Shown here: piece after piece, positions 48,919-62,759 of the stretch
Layout: each line of letters starts with the position of its first letter
How positions within the stretch are numbered: position 1 is the stretch's first letter
DNA from: Pocillopora damicornis
Taxonomy: Eukaryota
NCBI RefSeq assembly: GCF_003704095.1
Contig: NW_020846334.1
Coordinates: 186,001-250,000 of the forward strand
Length of the DNA: 64,000 bases
Direction of reading: 5' to 3'
Position numbers and translations under genes: made by a program
Notes under the pieces: model-generated
Databases searched by the model: none
What the model saw: only the letters and a program-made list of their open reading frames with translations
Told to the model about the DNA's origin: nothing

Positions 48919-51900
48919 TTACTCCGCAACAGGCGTGAGATTTTCCCGCGAAAAAGTGCCGTGTGACTGCGATTGTTTCCTCTCATTTCTGTCACACGAC
49001 GTCCATTGCGATGTGAGCAATTCCTGCTCTGATAATGACTCCTTACGTGTGTCTGAATTCTCCATTACAGGAGAGAACTGAAGGTCTATGTGTTCCCCGG
49101 ATGAGGAAGCCGTGCCACCTGTGCAGTTCTGCTCGTTTTCTTGGTTTTCACAACCAGGTGTCAAAGTATTTTCTTCGTCCGAATTTCTTTGTTTTCGTTT
49201 AAGGTAAAGAGTTAATATTAACAAAATCATCATCAAACCAAGCATAGTTGACACACCTGTGATGACCAGTATCAAAGGAGGAGAGTCTGAGTTAGAAAAA
49301 CAAACAGAAATAAATCAGTAAATTCGAAATGTTTCCTCGTTGTAAAACTTTGACTTAGCGAGTCGTCTGGCCTCTTCGACTACAAATCATGCAAATAGTG
49401 ACAAAAGGCTCTGAAATCAATATTATGGGGGTATTAGGGACTTAATCAAAGCACGAAGCAGCATTAACAATAAGATTCAAAGGTGAATTATACTCCAGAA
49501 ACCATACAAATCTCTCCGTGTGACGTCAAAGGTAAGTGGCCAGGCTGCGAAGCAGGATCTCAAAATGGCGACTTTCATAGTCGAATTTTTAGCACATTTA
49601 AAAACGATTTCCAGGAGGTTTAGTTTATCATTGGAAAACGAAAACACCTTTAGTGACATAATTTTCAGGATATTTTTGTTATGTCTCACTATATATGCAC
49701 AGTTCCATAGGCGCGTTGGGCACCTTTTGCCGGGCGCACGACTCCGTAATGAAATTTAACTTGTTGTGTTACTGGGCTGGAATCTTCAGTTTTCGATCAC
49801 TCGAAACGCCAGTGCATTACAAATTTGTCATGACGAAGATGAAATTTTTATGGTTTCTTGTTTTTACTCCTTCAATGCGCAGAACAATATCCCAGCGCGT
49901 ACGACAGTCGAGAGCCCGACAGCAGTGTAATAATAGTCCATTTTACTGCGTGCTTGGTTGCCAAGCCTTTGAACAGGAGTGAGGTTAAGGGTGACCTTGT
50001 TATGATACAAACCTTGCTGCTTTTCAGATGTAAATTACTTTGTTATCATGCTTATTAGATACTGATCTCTATCACGACATGGTCACCTTTAGCCTCACTC
50101 CAAATCAAAGGCTTGGCAATTAAGTACACAATTGTAAAATGGCTTATTCCTTTGATGGTTATTCAACGCAGCTTTCGTTTGTAATGCTGTAATGCTGAAG
50201 GGAGCACAAGCAAAGCTCTTATAACAACATCCGGAGAGGTGGAGGTCCACCTTTGAAGTATCCATAATTGAAACAGCGCTTTCATTTCCCAAAGACATTT
50301 ATGACGTCTTTAACTATAACACACTTTTGAAACTAAAACTGTGGTCTGAAATAAGTTACCCTTTGCGTCAGGAATGGGAATTTATTCCCATCTCTTCTGG
50401 AACAACACCTTTTGTATAAACTAGACTTACCTTTAACAGCTATATATTTCGCTTTGAACCTCACAGATCTGTACGGGTTTGCCTTAAATCTCACCCACAT
50501 TTCGTTGCTAGTGGTAGAGATCTTCTCAGGTGTTGCGTGGCCACAGAACAAACCGAGCCGCTTACTGTCACGGTGGACTCCGTCACGCACCTCTAAATAA
50601 GGAACCTCCTGATTGGATAAACACGGAGGGGAATCTCCCAGATCAAAGAACTCAAATTCGAGATTGATAGAGTGTCTCTTCTTGACGGAAATGTACCAAG
50701 TGCATTGGATGTCATCCATGAAGGATTCAGGATATCCTGGGCTCGAAAGCTCACCTCTCTGTTCACTGATCTCAGTTCTATCATTCTCGTCCGTTGTGCG
50801 GTTCGGCGAGCAGCCTTCAGTACTCTTCTTCACTGAAAATATGAGAGAAATTTGTTGAGAAAAAGAGTCCTAGTAAGATTACGAACTTGGAACCAGAGAC
50901 CATGAGCTCAGTTCACTAACTCTTGCTTGGAAATTACATCATGAAAAAGAAATCGATGGTATTCTAATTTTTGTAAATGTTAGTTTGAGTGTATTTCTAT
51001 AGATAAAGTGGTTACATTTTGATCTGAACGATAAAAGAGGTCGTCATTCCCCAGTTCAATGTTTTGAAAAAACTTACACCACAAAATGAGGATTCCTCAG
51101 GAAAATTATGGCAAAAGCAAAACAATTTTTCACTATTCCAAACTTTCATTCAGAATAACAAAGTTCTCTTATCTTTTTTTCTTTTTTTCACCAGATCCAA
51201 GAGAAGTTAATCTTCAATGCTTAAAGTTAAAGAGTATTATGCAATCTGTTGTTTGAAGAACTTCAGATTCAGACAAGTAGTAAAATCTAAGGTTTGTTGG
51301 AAGAGGGGGGGGGGGAATCTGAACTCCCCGGTCCCTCCTTTATTCCCCAGCGATGTCAGCGAGTAATTTGGTAATCAAAGGCCCCGTTTCTCAAAAGCGC
51401 TGGTAGTTACAGGTTTACCCCCCCCCCCCCCCCGAAAAAAAAGGACAAAAACAACAACAACAACGTTGTAGTATTCTTTACTTTAAGATCCCAAGATTTG
51501 GTTCAGATCCGTAGACCTACCGACCAGACCATTCTCGTTTTAAGAAATACCATGTCCTGTGTGATCGGGAAAATAGAGAGACAATTTCTGGGTTTGGATC
51601 CCTACCCCTCCACCCCTTGGACTTAAGCCAACGCGTAACCTGAAGCCTGCCTGGAGATTTTGATGGATCATTGATTAATAACAGTGCCACTTAGCACACG
51701 TCCACGATTTAATTAATAGCATCATCAAGTTTGCTTCTCAATAATGAGATAACCACTCCATTTAATTCATTATTGAGTCAAAAATTTCATCAGGATTAGA
51801 ATAAAACATTTAACGACTTAACTTTGAGATGAATATGATGATAAATAGCTCAATGATTCCTGTTGACACCACCTAACGTTTAGGCGCCAAAAAGGCCAAA

Positions 51901-53109
51901 ATTTGACTGGAACAAAGAGCAATTTGGATTCTACTTACACGACGAATGTCATCAAAACAGTACGATTTCAACTGGTCAACCTGTTTTATTGTTTTAAAAC
52001 GAGTTAGATTGAAAAACATATGAAAATAATTTGCAGCTTGGATCGGCCAATGCGACAGAATAATATTTCTGTCCGTTCACCGGCGCTAGATCAAGTTTTT
52101 TTGTAGACACGGCAGAGTGATTCCTATTAAAGTTTATTTGGCTTATTTTAACAAAAGGTTAGAGATATTAACGTCAGTTTAAAACATTTCTTTGACTTTT
52201 TGACGTAAATTTAATAAACCATGAGTCAAGTCTGACAGAATTTAAAGTGAGTGGAGTCTCGATTGTCTTTAGATTATTACAGAGGAATGACTACATTTAA
52301 CCTTTAAAAGTGCCTTACAAACCTCAAACATCCACGAAGAAAGGGTGAATATTATCGATATTTTTTGATACTGTTCATGGCATAGCGGAAACATTCCCCA
52401 AAGTAAAAAAAAATGTTTTAACCAGTGACTTTCAGTGTACTTCATTCTTGCCAATTTTATTTTGTTGAGAGGCTGTATTTGTTTATACGTTCGGCGATCG
52501 CACGCAAGTGAGCCACTTTGGGGGAAATGAGCTAATAATCTGCGTTGTTTCCTGTCTCGAATCCCTTTGAAACATTTGTAGACCACAAATTATCACATAA
52601 GCTATGAACGACTAGGAGGATTCTACTCGTTCAATCACGAGGCGAGTTACATAATATCACAAATGCCCCAGCCGAACTCGAGAAAATGCTCGCCTTGGTT
52701 TGACTGAGAAGTGACACTTGAGTTCGGTTTAAAAAGGAAGCTGACAACACACTGGTTTCTCTGTTCTGTCTTCATATTCAAAGACAGCCGGGCATTGAAA
52801 CGAAATTAGTGCGCCGTTGTGTCTAAATCCTTTGTTTGCCCACGAAAATACCAAGAACATTAGCTTAACTAGGCAGCACAAAGTGTGCGGTTACTCGCAA
52901 CAATGAAACGGGTCTCGGTTGAGCGACAAAGAATGGCTTCTAACCGGTCTCAGCAGATTAGAAATTATGTCAGACTGAAGGAACTTTTATACTCTGAGAA
53001 CGGTGCAAGTTTAAGTCACGTCACACTCAAAACGAAGTAAAATTCTCAACAGCTTGAAGTACTTACGTAAAACGATCGCCAGGAGAACAAGAGAGAAAGA
53101 AGAATCCAT
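48919..53109 (-). CDS. Gene E: single-CUB type I membrane protein, 270 aa
   Basis: Exons: 53109-53067, 50832-50431 (CUB), 49286-48919 (TM LILVITGVSTMLGLMMILLILTLYL, then KRKQR and an acidic tail). Spliced N-terminus MDSSFSLVLLAIVLLKKSTEG|C. Total 813 nt in frame. Confidence 0.85.
49936..50145. mobile_element. Palindromic MITE-like element
   Basis: ccattttactgcgtgcttggttgccaagcctttga pairs with tcaaaggcttggcaattaagtacacaattgtaaaatgg. Confidence 0.65.
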
Positions 53110-55194
53110 TGCCAAGGAATTAGTTATTCTTGGAGAACTGCGGTTTTGAAGACTCCGTAAAAATCATATGGCACCAATGTTGTGCTTTCACAGACTTGAG
53201 GTGACACAGAAGGTCACGGAAACTCGATACTCATCCATGTCGGCCAAAACGTAAATGAAGTCTTAAAAATAACTGCTTTACCAAGACAAACAAATCAAGG
53301 TCAGATTGTTGCCAGACCACCACCGAGCGCCAGACAAGTGTAAGGGTGTGATTATGTTCAAGTTGATGTTTACAAAGTAGGGCTCCAAAGTAAACATGAC
53401 TTTTTTCGAAATTCAGGATTTTTAAGGAGTTTTTAGGAAAACACACACCTCTGATTGATCAATCACCCATCTGTAAAATATTTTTTCAGTTTCGATTTCC
53501 GACCAAACGATAAGTTGAGAGGCGATACAAAAAATGATTCGGTTTTTGACCTCAATTTACAAGTAAAAGTTTTTCATCGAATTTTTCTCTGTTATCGATC
53601 TAGGGTCTTACGGCGAATATTTTGCGGTTGGGTCATTGGGTTTTTGCGATCAAAGCTCTTTAATTTTCAAGGATTATCTGATTGAATTTTGTAGCTAATG
53701 GCGAGGAGAATAAACTTAAACATGCCGAACTTATACATCCAAGCTTCTTAAAACAAACGTTTCAACTAAACATCTCATTTTTGTGAGGGGACTGTTTAGT
53801 CTTCTCATGGGAATTCATAATCGTTTCAGAGATCCATCCATTCTGTCTACATGTCTTTCCTGGGCGTGCCTGGTAATGTTGCCTTCTGGAGCTTTCGGCG
53901 AAAACTGTGCAATAAAATCCTTGTGGCAAAGGAACACTGAGCAATCTAGGGAATCTGAAACATTCCCACAATAATTGTTCTCGCGTGTTTTTGCTGTCTT
54001 AACCTAAAATAAACATATTTAATTCACCTCGAAACGCCGTTTGGAGTGCTGACATTTCTGTGGTCACTCTTCCGATGAAAGAGGGCAACGGACCTGCTGA
54101 AGATTCGAATGAATGGTTTCTTGGATATCGGTGGATAACATTTTGCCGAAAGCTACATCCCTGAGAAGCGACCGGTTGGATTGGAAGCCCTTTTCGGATG
54201 AAAAGTATATTACATATCAATTCTGATTAGTTAAGGGGAAAGTCCGACATTTGGTCTCCATGGGCAATGTGTTTAAACAGGACAGGCGAGAAAAAATGCT
54301 GACAGATTTTTACGAACAATCAATTGTTCATGCATTGACATAACCGCAAGGAAAATTAACATCTCGTTCACCAGTGACAGGACAGATTCCTTTAGATATT
54401 TCATCTTCAAACCAGAAGGTAAAAGATTTTGACATTCACGGCACTACCGCTGTCTGAAATGAATGCGTATCGGGGACTTGTCATTAGTATAAGGCCGGAA
54501 GGGGGGGTTGGGAAAGGGAGGATTTTGGTAGTGATGCCCCCCTCAGGCTCTGTAATATTTTGATGATTCCCCTTTCCCCCCAACCCCCACCCCATAAAAA
54601 AATACCGTGTATTATTCATATTTAAAATAATTTTACAACGTAAAATATATTAAAGTTCACGTGGCAACCATGTGGACAATCACTCTGAACACTCCTGTCT
54701 AGTGCCTCTAATTTTACACTGGTTACCGTGCGCGTGAAGCAGAAAAAACTTTTCAGTTTGAATCAGGAGCCCACTACTTAACACCGACTCACAAAACATG
54801 TTTCATGAATTGATCGTTTGCTTGAGACGCCTTTGTTCACACGAATCTGTACTCGAACTATCGCAAGAAGCCTTGCCTCTCTCTGCTGTTTTTCCTTCGA
54901 TATTTTAACAAGTAAAGTTAGAAATTAACCACGCGCTAATCTTGATTGGTCGATGTGCTCTCGTGGAGAGTCTTAGTTCACGGTAAATTCAAACTAAAAA
55001 TTGACTTGTCTGTGAAAATGCTGTGACAAAAATACAGGGCAGTTGAAGGCTCCTTGAACGTTATTCTGACCCTCTTGTAGCAGAAAATAAACATTCATTA
55101 TAGCATGAAACAATTATCTGTGAAACATCAAATACACCCTATGTTTCCCGTTTACGCCGTTTCAATCCTTCCATTAAAATAAACTCAACAGCTC

Positions 55195-58189
55195 TTAATT
55201 CTTGTCCAGTGCCATCCTCTTTGATTTTCTCGCCTTTTTCCGCTCACTATTTTCCTGCATTCTACACGTTTGTTCCTCGCAGGCGCTCACGTTTTCCCGC
55301 CTTATTCTCTTGTCACCAGTGTCCCATCCGCGTTTCATCCAGGACGGGAATTTCCGCGTTTCCTTGGGAAGAACTAAATTACTATCTGTAACTGTGTCAT
55401 TATGTAACGATGCTTTACTCCGATTTTCTATTGGTGTAGCAGGAGAAACCTTGATTGTTATTCCCGGCCTGGTTTTATAGACTTTGACGCGGGTTGATGA
55501 AAGAGAGTTTCTCCTTTTTATTGCCGAAGCCACAACACCAACTATAATTAAAATGAAAACTACGACGGCCAATGCCACAAGAAAAGAAACAGCTGATAGA
55601 CCTGGAGCAAAGATAAAAAATGAAACATTCACATCAGGCCATGCTTAGAAGACCCTTTTAGATATTCTTAAAGGTGAAGTACACCTTAGAGCATTACTTT
55701 TAAGGGCCGATCTTTATTTATCGCCTGAGAAGGGTCTCAGGATTTTGGTTGTGTCACCATTGAATGCGGAAAAGGCAAAAGCGCAAACGCGGTTCTGGGT
55801 CGTATTGATTTTTTTGTAGGCTACGTACGATTTTCTTAAACGCGAACCTGTGTCTAATGCTTTCTAGCAAACTTAGAGGTAAAAAATGGTGGAAAGTTAT
55901 ATGACTGCTCCACCGAAAAAATCCGCTTCGACCAAGGCTTGTTAGGTCATAACCGCCTGCCGCCTGCCCGCCGTCTCAGGTGGGATATGATTGAGTGAAC
56001 TAACTTACCATTCGAAGTATCATATGTGGTATATGACATCTTAAAGCCTCGCTTCTCCACAGACCCGTCTGAACGAAAGTGAATCCACATGTGATTTCCG
56101 GTTGAGAGGACGTCATTAGGTATTCTGCTACCACAAAACGTTCCAATAACTGGACTATTTGAGTATTTCCCGTCCCGAACCGACACAAAATCGCAATCTT
56201 GGCAAGCAGGACTGGCGTTTTGAAGATCAAATGTTAGAAAAGAAAGCTTTATCCTCTTCTCTTGAAGAGAAATAACCCATGTACAGGTTAGATTTCCGGG
56301 ATAGGCTTCAGAAGTGTCGTAATCAGGGCTACAAAATGTGTCAGATGATTTAGTCAAAAATATGTTATTGTTCAGATTTGAAGTTTTGTTTCTGGAGCAT
56401 CTTGTTTCTGTAAGAAGAGGATAAAACTATTCATTGTTTGGATCTGTTAGTATTTGAGCAACTTCCCACCCACCCCTCCCCTAATCCAGCATTAACTCTA
56501 ACTTGTTATCATTTGACCATTCTTGGGTTGAGGGAGGGGTGGGTGCGCATTCCATTAATTTCGGACCGTAGTACATTTACGTAGACAGTTCATGTAGATA
56601 AGATGACAGAGGCCTTGAGGGACCGGTACCATCAGGTATTTGACTTGTTTGTTTGCATTTGTTCGTTGTTTAGACCTCGAAAACTATCCTCCAGTTAAAC
56701 AAAGCACAAAAAAACATAAACACGAGAACAATGAAAATGTTTAAGAAGTAATGATTTATGACCCGTTTAGTTTTCAATAAGTCGTTGCAAAGTGTTAACA
56801 TCCTCTATATGATAAGCTGAATTATACACGTATTTTGACTGGTTCTTGTTTTTGATCCATTGCATAGAGGATAGACGCAAGGATAACGTTACTATTAATT
56901 TTTTTTCCCACCAATTCTTCGTTATCACATAAAACAAATTGAATCCAAGTTTCCGTGGGTCTGTACAGTAATAAATCACAGACGACTAATAAATGTGGTA
57001 AGGATCTGTTTTGTTCCTGCCTTATTTTGATGTCATATGTGATCAATTACTGAACAGACCCAAGGCAGCATAAAATCTATTTGGTATTAAAGTATTTAAC
57101 AAATAATTATTTTCAACTCACCGCTTAAAACAAAGATGCGTAGCAGGTTAAAGAAATCTGTGAAAAAAGTTTTATATCAAAATGACTCATAAAATCTACC
57201 AGTTTATAAATTTAGTGATTGAAAGCATATGAAGTGAGTCGAAGAAATAGGATGGAGCGAGGCGCTCATATTCTCATAAATCTATCAAGATGCTAACGCA
57301 CTGGTAGCCAACAGAAAATGTTCCTTTTTGTGTGTGTTTTACAGTCGGTATGAATTTAGTGCAAAGCAAGCGCAAAGGATGGATGTACGAATGAGGGACG
57401 CACACAAGTTTTCAAGCTTCTCTTCTCGCTTTTGACCCACGCTTCGTGCACGTCTCGCTCTTTTTTCCGCTCGCCTGGGAAACGATGTACTGGAGATAAA
57501 TGTGTGGTGGCCTTCCGAGACTCGGTGAATCAATAATTGATTACCAAAGTACTCGCGAAATGATTGTTATAACAGTTTTAACGACCTCCTCCAATTTTTT
57601 TTTTTTTACCGATTTTAATTGAAAGAAAATCAACTTGGTCCATCATTAGTAGCTTTGCGTTATAAATTAAGGGATGTAGTTTTTAATTAAAAGACTGATC
57701 ACTGAGTTCTTAACACTGATTTTGTGTACGTACCGAATTGAAATTTAAACGGAGGAGTACATCCGGTCATGCATTGAAATGCTGTGCGGATGTCACGGTA
57801 CTTTTTTCACAGGATTAGAAGCTATTACCGTTATTCCTCACAATCCTGGTCACGATCGTATGGAACCCCGGTTTTACAGCTAACAGGAATTAAGCCTGTT
57901 TCTTACTTTGTAACACACTCGAGCTGATTGAAGTTTAACAACTTAAAGCCGAGAGCAAGTGGCGAATGTTTCCAGGAAAATATCATTTTGTGGAAAGGTA
58001 GTCATATAATTGGCGGCCAGAGAGTGAAAGTCCGCACGAGAACTGATTAGTTTGAAATGTTGAATTATCATCACTGATGATTTCACAATCGAGGTCCACA
58101 AAATGCCAAAAGGACTGAATATACAAAGACACAATATTATACTCACGAACAAGCCTGAGAAGAAATGATCTTTCTAACCAGGTCGCCAT
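55195..58189 (-). CDS. Gene F: single-CUB type I membrane protein with basic cytoplasmic tail
   Basis: Exons 56407-56009 (CUB) and 55601-55195 (TM AVSFLVALAVVVFILIIVGVVASAI, then KRR) are firm. Probable first exon 58189-58147 (43 nt, phase 1, same size as exon 1 of gene E). Extra small exons near 57733-57879 are possible. Confidence 0.75.
56440..56550. repeat. Short hairpin repeat family; second copy at 61845-61950
   Basis: Both copies read ggatc...gagcaac...cccctcccctaa...gggtt(g/a)ggg(g/a)..gggt.ggtg. Confidence 0.55.
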
Positions 58190-60167
58190 TTGAACGTCTC
58201 CCAGCCGTTCAACCCAATTCAGCTGCAGGAGCGGTAATTATTTCCAATAAACACAAGGTCAATATATGCAGACTTGGAGTAAAGGAATAAACAGTTATTT
58301 CTTAATTTTTTTTTAGAACAAAAGAATCTAGTAATTATCTTGGAAAAACGATCCGACCATAACAAAAAGAAACTAATCAAAGCAGGCTGAACGCGCTCGA
58401 AAAGGATTATCAAGGGCACATTTCTGACAATGACTCATTGTAGGTGTCAGAGAATGGTTCACAACGGATTTAAGTCCTGTTGTTATTTCGGCAACCATCA
58501 TTGTAGGCTTTCTTTGTTGAAGCCGATATTTGGTTGTCGTAGTTACTCGACTGGATGTTGGGATGTCAGATACGCCGTTAAAAAACACTCCTTTTTGAGC
58601 AGGTGTGCTGCCACTGTTAAATGTTCTAGAAAAATGATGACAGCTTTGTTTTGTTTTGTTTTTTTTTCTTTGCTCAGTAAGGTTATATTTTTAATTGCTA
58701 TCAGTTCTAAAACATTTTACTACTCAAGTTCATTTTCGCAAGTTTCGACTAAAGAAGGTTGGCCCATCTTAAGTTCACTTGCAATCCTTAGATAACTATG
58801 AGAGCGAAAGGTTTTCTCAATTATCAATTTCTGATTCTTAGGCTTCCGTTATATCTCTCTAAAATCACAATTACAGGGTATTGCTTCAAGATTTATTCAT
58901 TTTCAACTAGCAATCAGGCACTGACCGGAGACCAGGGAAATGTAAGATGGCGTTTTACCAGGAAGGAAGACTGAAAATCAACAGACGTTAGCAAAATTTC
59001 ACTCTTAGCCACGGAGCACACGAGTATTATTGACTTAGGAAGACACATCTCGCTGATAAATGATATTCTGTTAATTTAGACAGCTTTTACTGCATCAATA
59101 AATTATGATTCACTTCTGAGTTTATTTTTATAACCATCACCATTCCTCTCATTTCGATTCTTACCTTTAACGAAGCCGACGTTGTTACGACAAAAGGTTC
59201 TCATGAGGTAATGATAGCCTTTAAACTTTTTTCTTCACCACATTACTACATTCGTGCAGTCAGACAATGCATTAGCAGCTAAAAAGCATTTTTCATTCTA
59301 GAAAAACCCAACGCCAGGTGAGAGGCAGATTTTGTGGCCTTCAAATGGGATTTTTATCCGCTTTTACGTGTAAGACCTCAGGCAATATTCTCTAATGGAT
59401 CGGCGCTCTGTAAATTGGAGGCATATGTTTTCCATTTCCATTAAATAACACAGTACCGAGAGTATTCTTAGCACAAAGAAATACGCTCAGCTACATTTTA
59501 TAACTTGTCAAGATCCCATTTTGGTTTTTCAAAAAAAGGATGTTACTTAATAGTTTTATTTAAGCCTTGCAGTAGACAATTACTTTGTCTCATTTGCCAG
59601 CCGAACATTACATAGACATCTTGAGGTAAAGCATTTGAGATGTTACAATGATATGGGATAAATCGATTAAAAAATATAACCTAAAATTGGGCGGACATGA
59701 GAGCTTCGAAAATCAGCTTTAGATTCATCCAGGGAACAGTTTTAATCTTCCGTAAGCCTTGGTCTATCATAAAGACATTTTACAGGGATTTAGAGTAATT
59801 GCTGAAAATTATAAAAGATTTTAAATTTTATAAATTGCACTTTCCTGTTGCAAGAAAATGTAAGCAAAAACGGGAATTTACAGCAAAGATGCACCGATCT
59901 AAATTGCTTGCAAGTGGTTTACGAAATACCAACATTTAGCAAGTTCTAGATAAATACAATTTATCCAAAATATAATTTAACAGCAGGTGCTAAAGAAAGC
60001 ATCGCAAGATGGAAAAAAAAAACGATAATTTAGTTTCTTTGTATATGCTAGAGGGCATTTAAGAGCGTTTGCAGTAAGCCTCTAACCGATAGAGGTTTTA
60101 TTTAAGATTTTAGAACCTTATGCGATGTCATTCTTAGCTTTTCCTTACCGTTGCATTAATAGAAAGT

Positions 60168-61455
60168 ATGAATCACTCGAACATCACTTTCGTGTCAGCG
60201 GCGTTTCGTGGTGTGATGTCAACGCCGTATGACGCTCCGCTCCATTACGAAGAGATCCAATCAGATGACGCCACGTGGATTCTGACGTCAGCGTTTATTA
60301 TTTTTACCATGCAGTCGGGGTTTGGTCTCCTCGAAGCAGGCATGGTATCCAAGAAAAATGAAACGAACATCATGGTAAAAAACGCTGTTGATGTCATTTA
60401 CGGCGGCTTCGCCTATTGGCTGTTTGGATTCGGTCTCAGTTTTGGCCGGGATGAGGGAACGACAGCTTTCAACGGCTGTGGTAAATTTTTCACCGACGCA
60501 GATGATGACGAAATGGGTCACGTGTTCGCCAAGTATTTCTTCCATTTGTCATTTTCCACAACTGCGACCACGATCGTCTCAGGGGCGATGGCGGAGCGAG
60601 TCGAGCTTAAAGCCTACATTTTGTTCTCGTTCATCAACACCTTGACGTATTCCTTACCAGCACATTGGATGTGGGAACCGAAAGGCTGGCTTTATGAGCT
60701 TGACGCCGTAGATGTGGCTGGTTGCGGTCCGGTACATCTCGTCGGCGGCTTTAGTGGTTTGGTAGCCACGCTCTACCTTAAGCCTCGCTTGGGCAAATAT
60801 GACGAAAATAATCGCCCTAGGCCTAACATAATGGCTTCTCCGACCAATGCTATGCTTGGGACGTTTATGCTGTGGTGGGGGTGGCTTGGGTTCAACTGTG
60901 GAAGCACGTTTGGGATCACAGGAGGAAAGTGGAAGCTTGTATCCAGGTCAGTGACATATACATCCCTTTCGTTACGTCTCTGGTTCGTATAGTAATAGAA
61001 TAGGTAAAGCGTGACGCATTTAATACATCCGCTACGATCGAATCGTATAAAAGATACCTTGGTGGAGACCACGTTTCGTGTCGTACATGTAAATAGAGTA
61101 GAGAGGGCAATTTGTAATTTGTTCTGTCTTTGGCTTTTGTGGTGCACGTGCGCACCATGTGATGACATGCTTTCCTTTTTTTCTTTGCCACGGTCAAGTG
61201 CCAAGGGCCTTTAGGAACTTTTAACCATGAAAAAAGTCTTTGTTATTTGCAGAGCTGCCGTCGTTACGCTCAACGGTGCAATCGGTGGAGGAATTTTTGC
61301 AACAGGGTTTAGGTGAGAAAAGTGATTTTGCAGATGATAGATGCTGACAAACAAACCATCCCTCTTGATGACTACCAACATTTTTTACCAATCTGATCGT
61401 TCAGATTGGCTACCAGCACGCAACTAATCCTAGCTGTATTTCATGCTTATAGATG

Positions 61456-61491
<36 letters not shown>

Positions 61492-62759
61492 TGCGTTGGA
61501 ACTGTTAAACCAACGACAAAATTATAATCACGTCAGGAAACGATTTTGGGATTCAATGTCTGCATGATAGAGAAGGATTATCAAGGCCTCGTCTTGCGTT
61601 ATCCACCTCAGTGTACGGCTTCAACAGCTGAAAACAGCTTCCACCTCGATAATTCTCGAAATCATGCTCAACCTCATCCAATTATGATTATTAAATGGCT
61701 AATCACATTCTAACACTGTCTAAGCATGTTTTCTTTTTCTCTTTAGCTATCTGAAATATAAGAACAAGCTCCTTATTGATGTTTTTGTAACTGGCATTAT
61801 TTCTGGACTCGTTAGCATTACAGGTGAGAACAAAAAAAAATTGGGGATCAGTATCAGCATTCGGAGCAACAGCGCACCGACCTACCCGTCCCCTAACCCA
61901 ACATCAGTCAACGGATAACAAGTCAGGGTTAGGGGAAGGGTAGGTGAGCAAAATTTCAATCAAGACTAAGGGGTGGTGGGTGAGTGTAGAGCGCTCATCC
62001 TCATGACCATCTTTTGTTTTATCGTGTCATAGTAAATAATTATGATAATTCTGTAAGGTTAGTCTTATTGGTGTGCCACGACCCATCCACCCCCCCCCCC
62101 CCCCCCATCTTAACAAAGATGCAAATAGAGTGTAATACTGAGTGAAAGGTGACAAACTGTTGTATTTTCATATGCTTGGTAGGCAATATATCTCTATTTG
62201 TATTTTATTTTCCATATTTCATTTCTCAGCCATTTGTCCTGTTGTAACTCCATGGGAAAGTGTACTGATCGGCTTTATTGGAGGCGCGTTTGGTTGTTTT
62301 GGCAACATCCTCCTCGAACGCATGTGCATTGATGATCCGGTACATTGTATTTCAACACACGGCATCACTGGCCTATGGGGGATCGTAGTGGTGGGACTTG
62401 TTGTGGAGAGGGACCCATTGATGTCCAAGCACTATGATGTTTTTAAGGGAGGCAGTTGGAGAGTCCTGGGTGTTCAAATACTTACCGCTGTCACCATTGC
62501 ATCGTGGACACTAATCACTACATTTTTAGAGCTTTATGCTATTGATAAGTTAACCTGTTTGCGCATGTCAGGTGAGAAGGAGCTCGATGGTGCTGACAAA
62601 TGGGAACATGGGATCTTTGCAAACGAAGGCGATGATTTCTCATGTCTGACGTTTGAAAGAGACAGACTTTTTTCTGAAGAGGATACCGTGCGATTGCCTT
62701 ACTCTTCCTCTCAGCACAGTGGCATCCAGAGTCAAGAATTGGCGGTCGAAAAAGTTTAA
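60168..62759 (+). CDS. amt: Ammonium transporter (Amt/Mep/Rh superfamily, invertebrate Amt type), 481 aa
   Basis: Exons 60168-60946, 61253-61312, 61747-61823, 62230-62759 (1446 nt, frame consistent). Motifs: FTMQSGFGLLEAG, IVSGAMAER, AHWMW, DVAGCGPVH, WWGWLGFNCGS, GLVSITA, IDDPV..STHG. Confidence 0.95.
61458..61488. repeat. (TA)n microsatellite in Amt intron 2
   Basis: Direct reading. Confidence 0.9.

Noticed and set aside
4701-56407. Calling the CUB genes cubilin, BMP1/tolloid or neuropilin
   Set aside because: No EGF, astacin, FA58C or MAM exons were seen. The exons lie on both strands and resolve into separate genes with their own signal peptides and stops.
57733-57879. Two phase-compatible micro-exon candidates for gene F
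   Set aside because: Splice signals are plausible, but there is no homology support; left out of the model.
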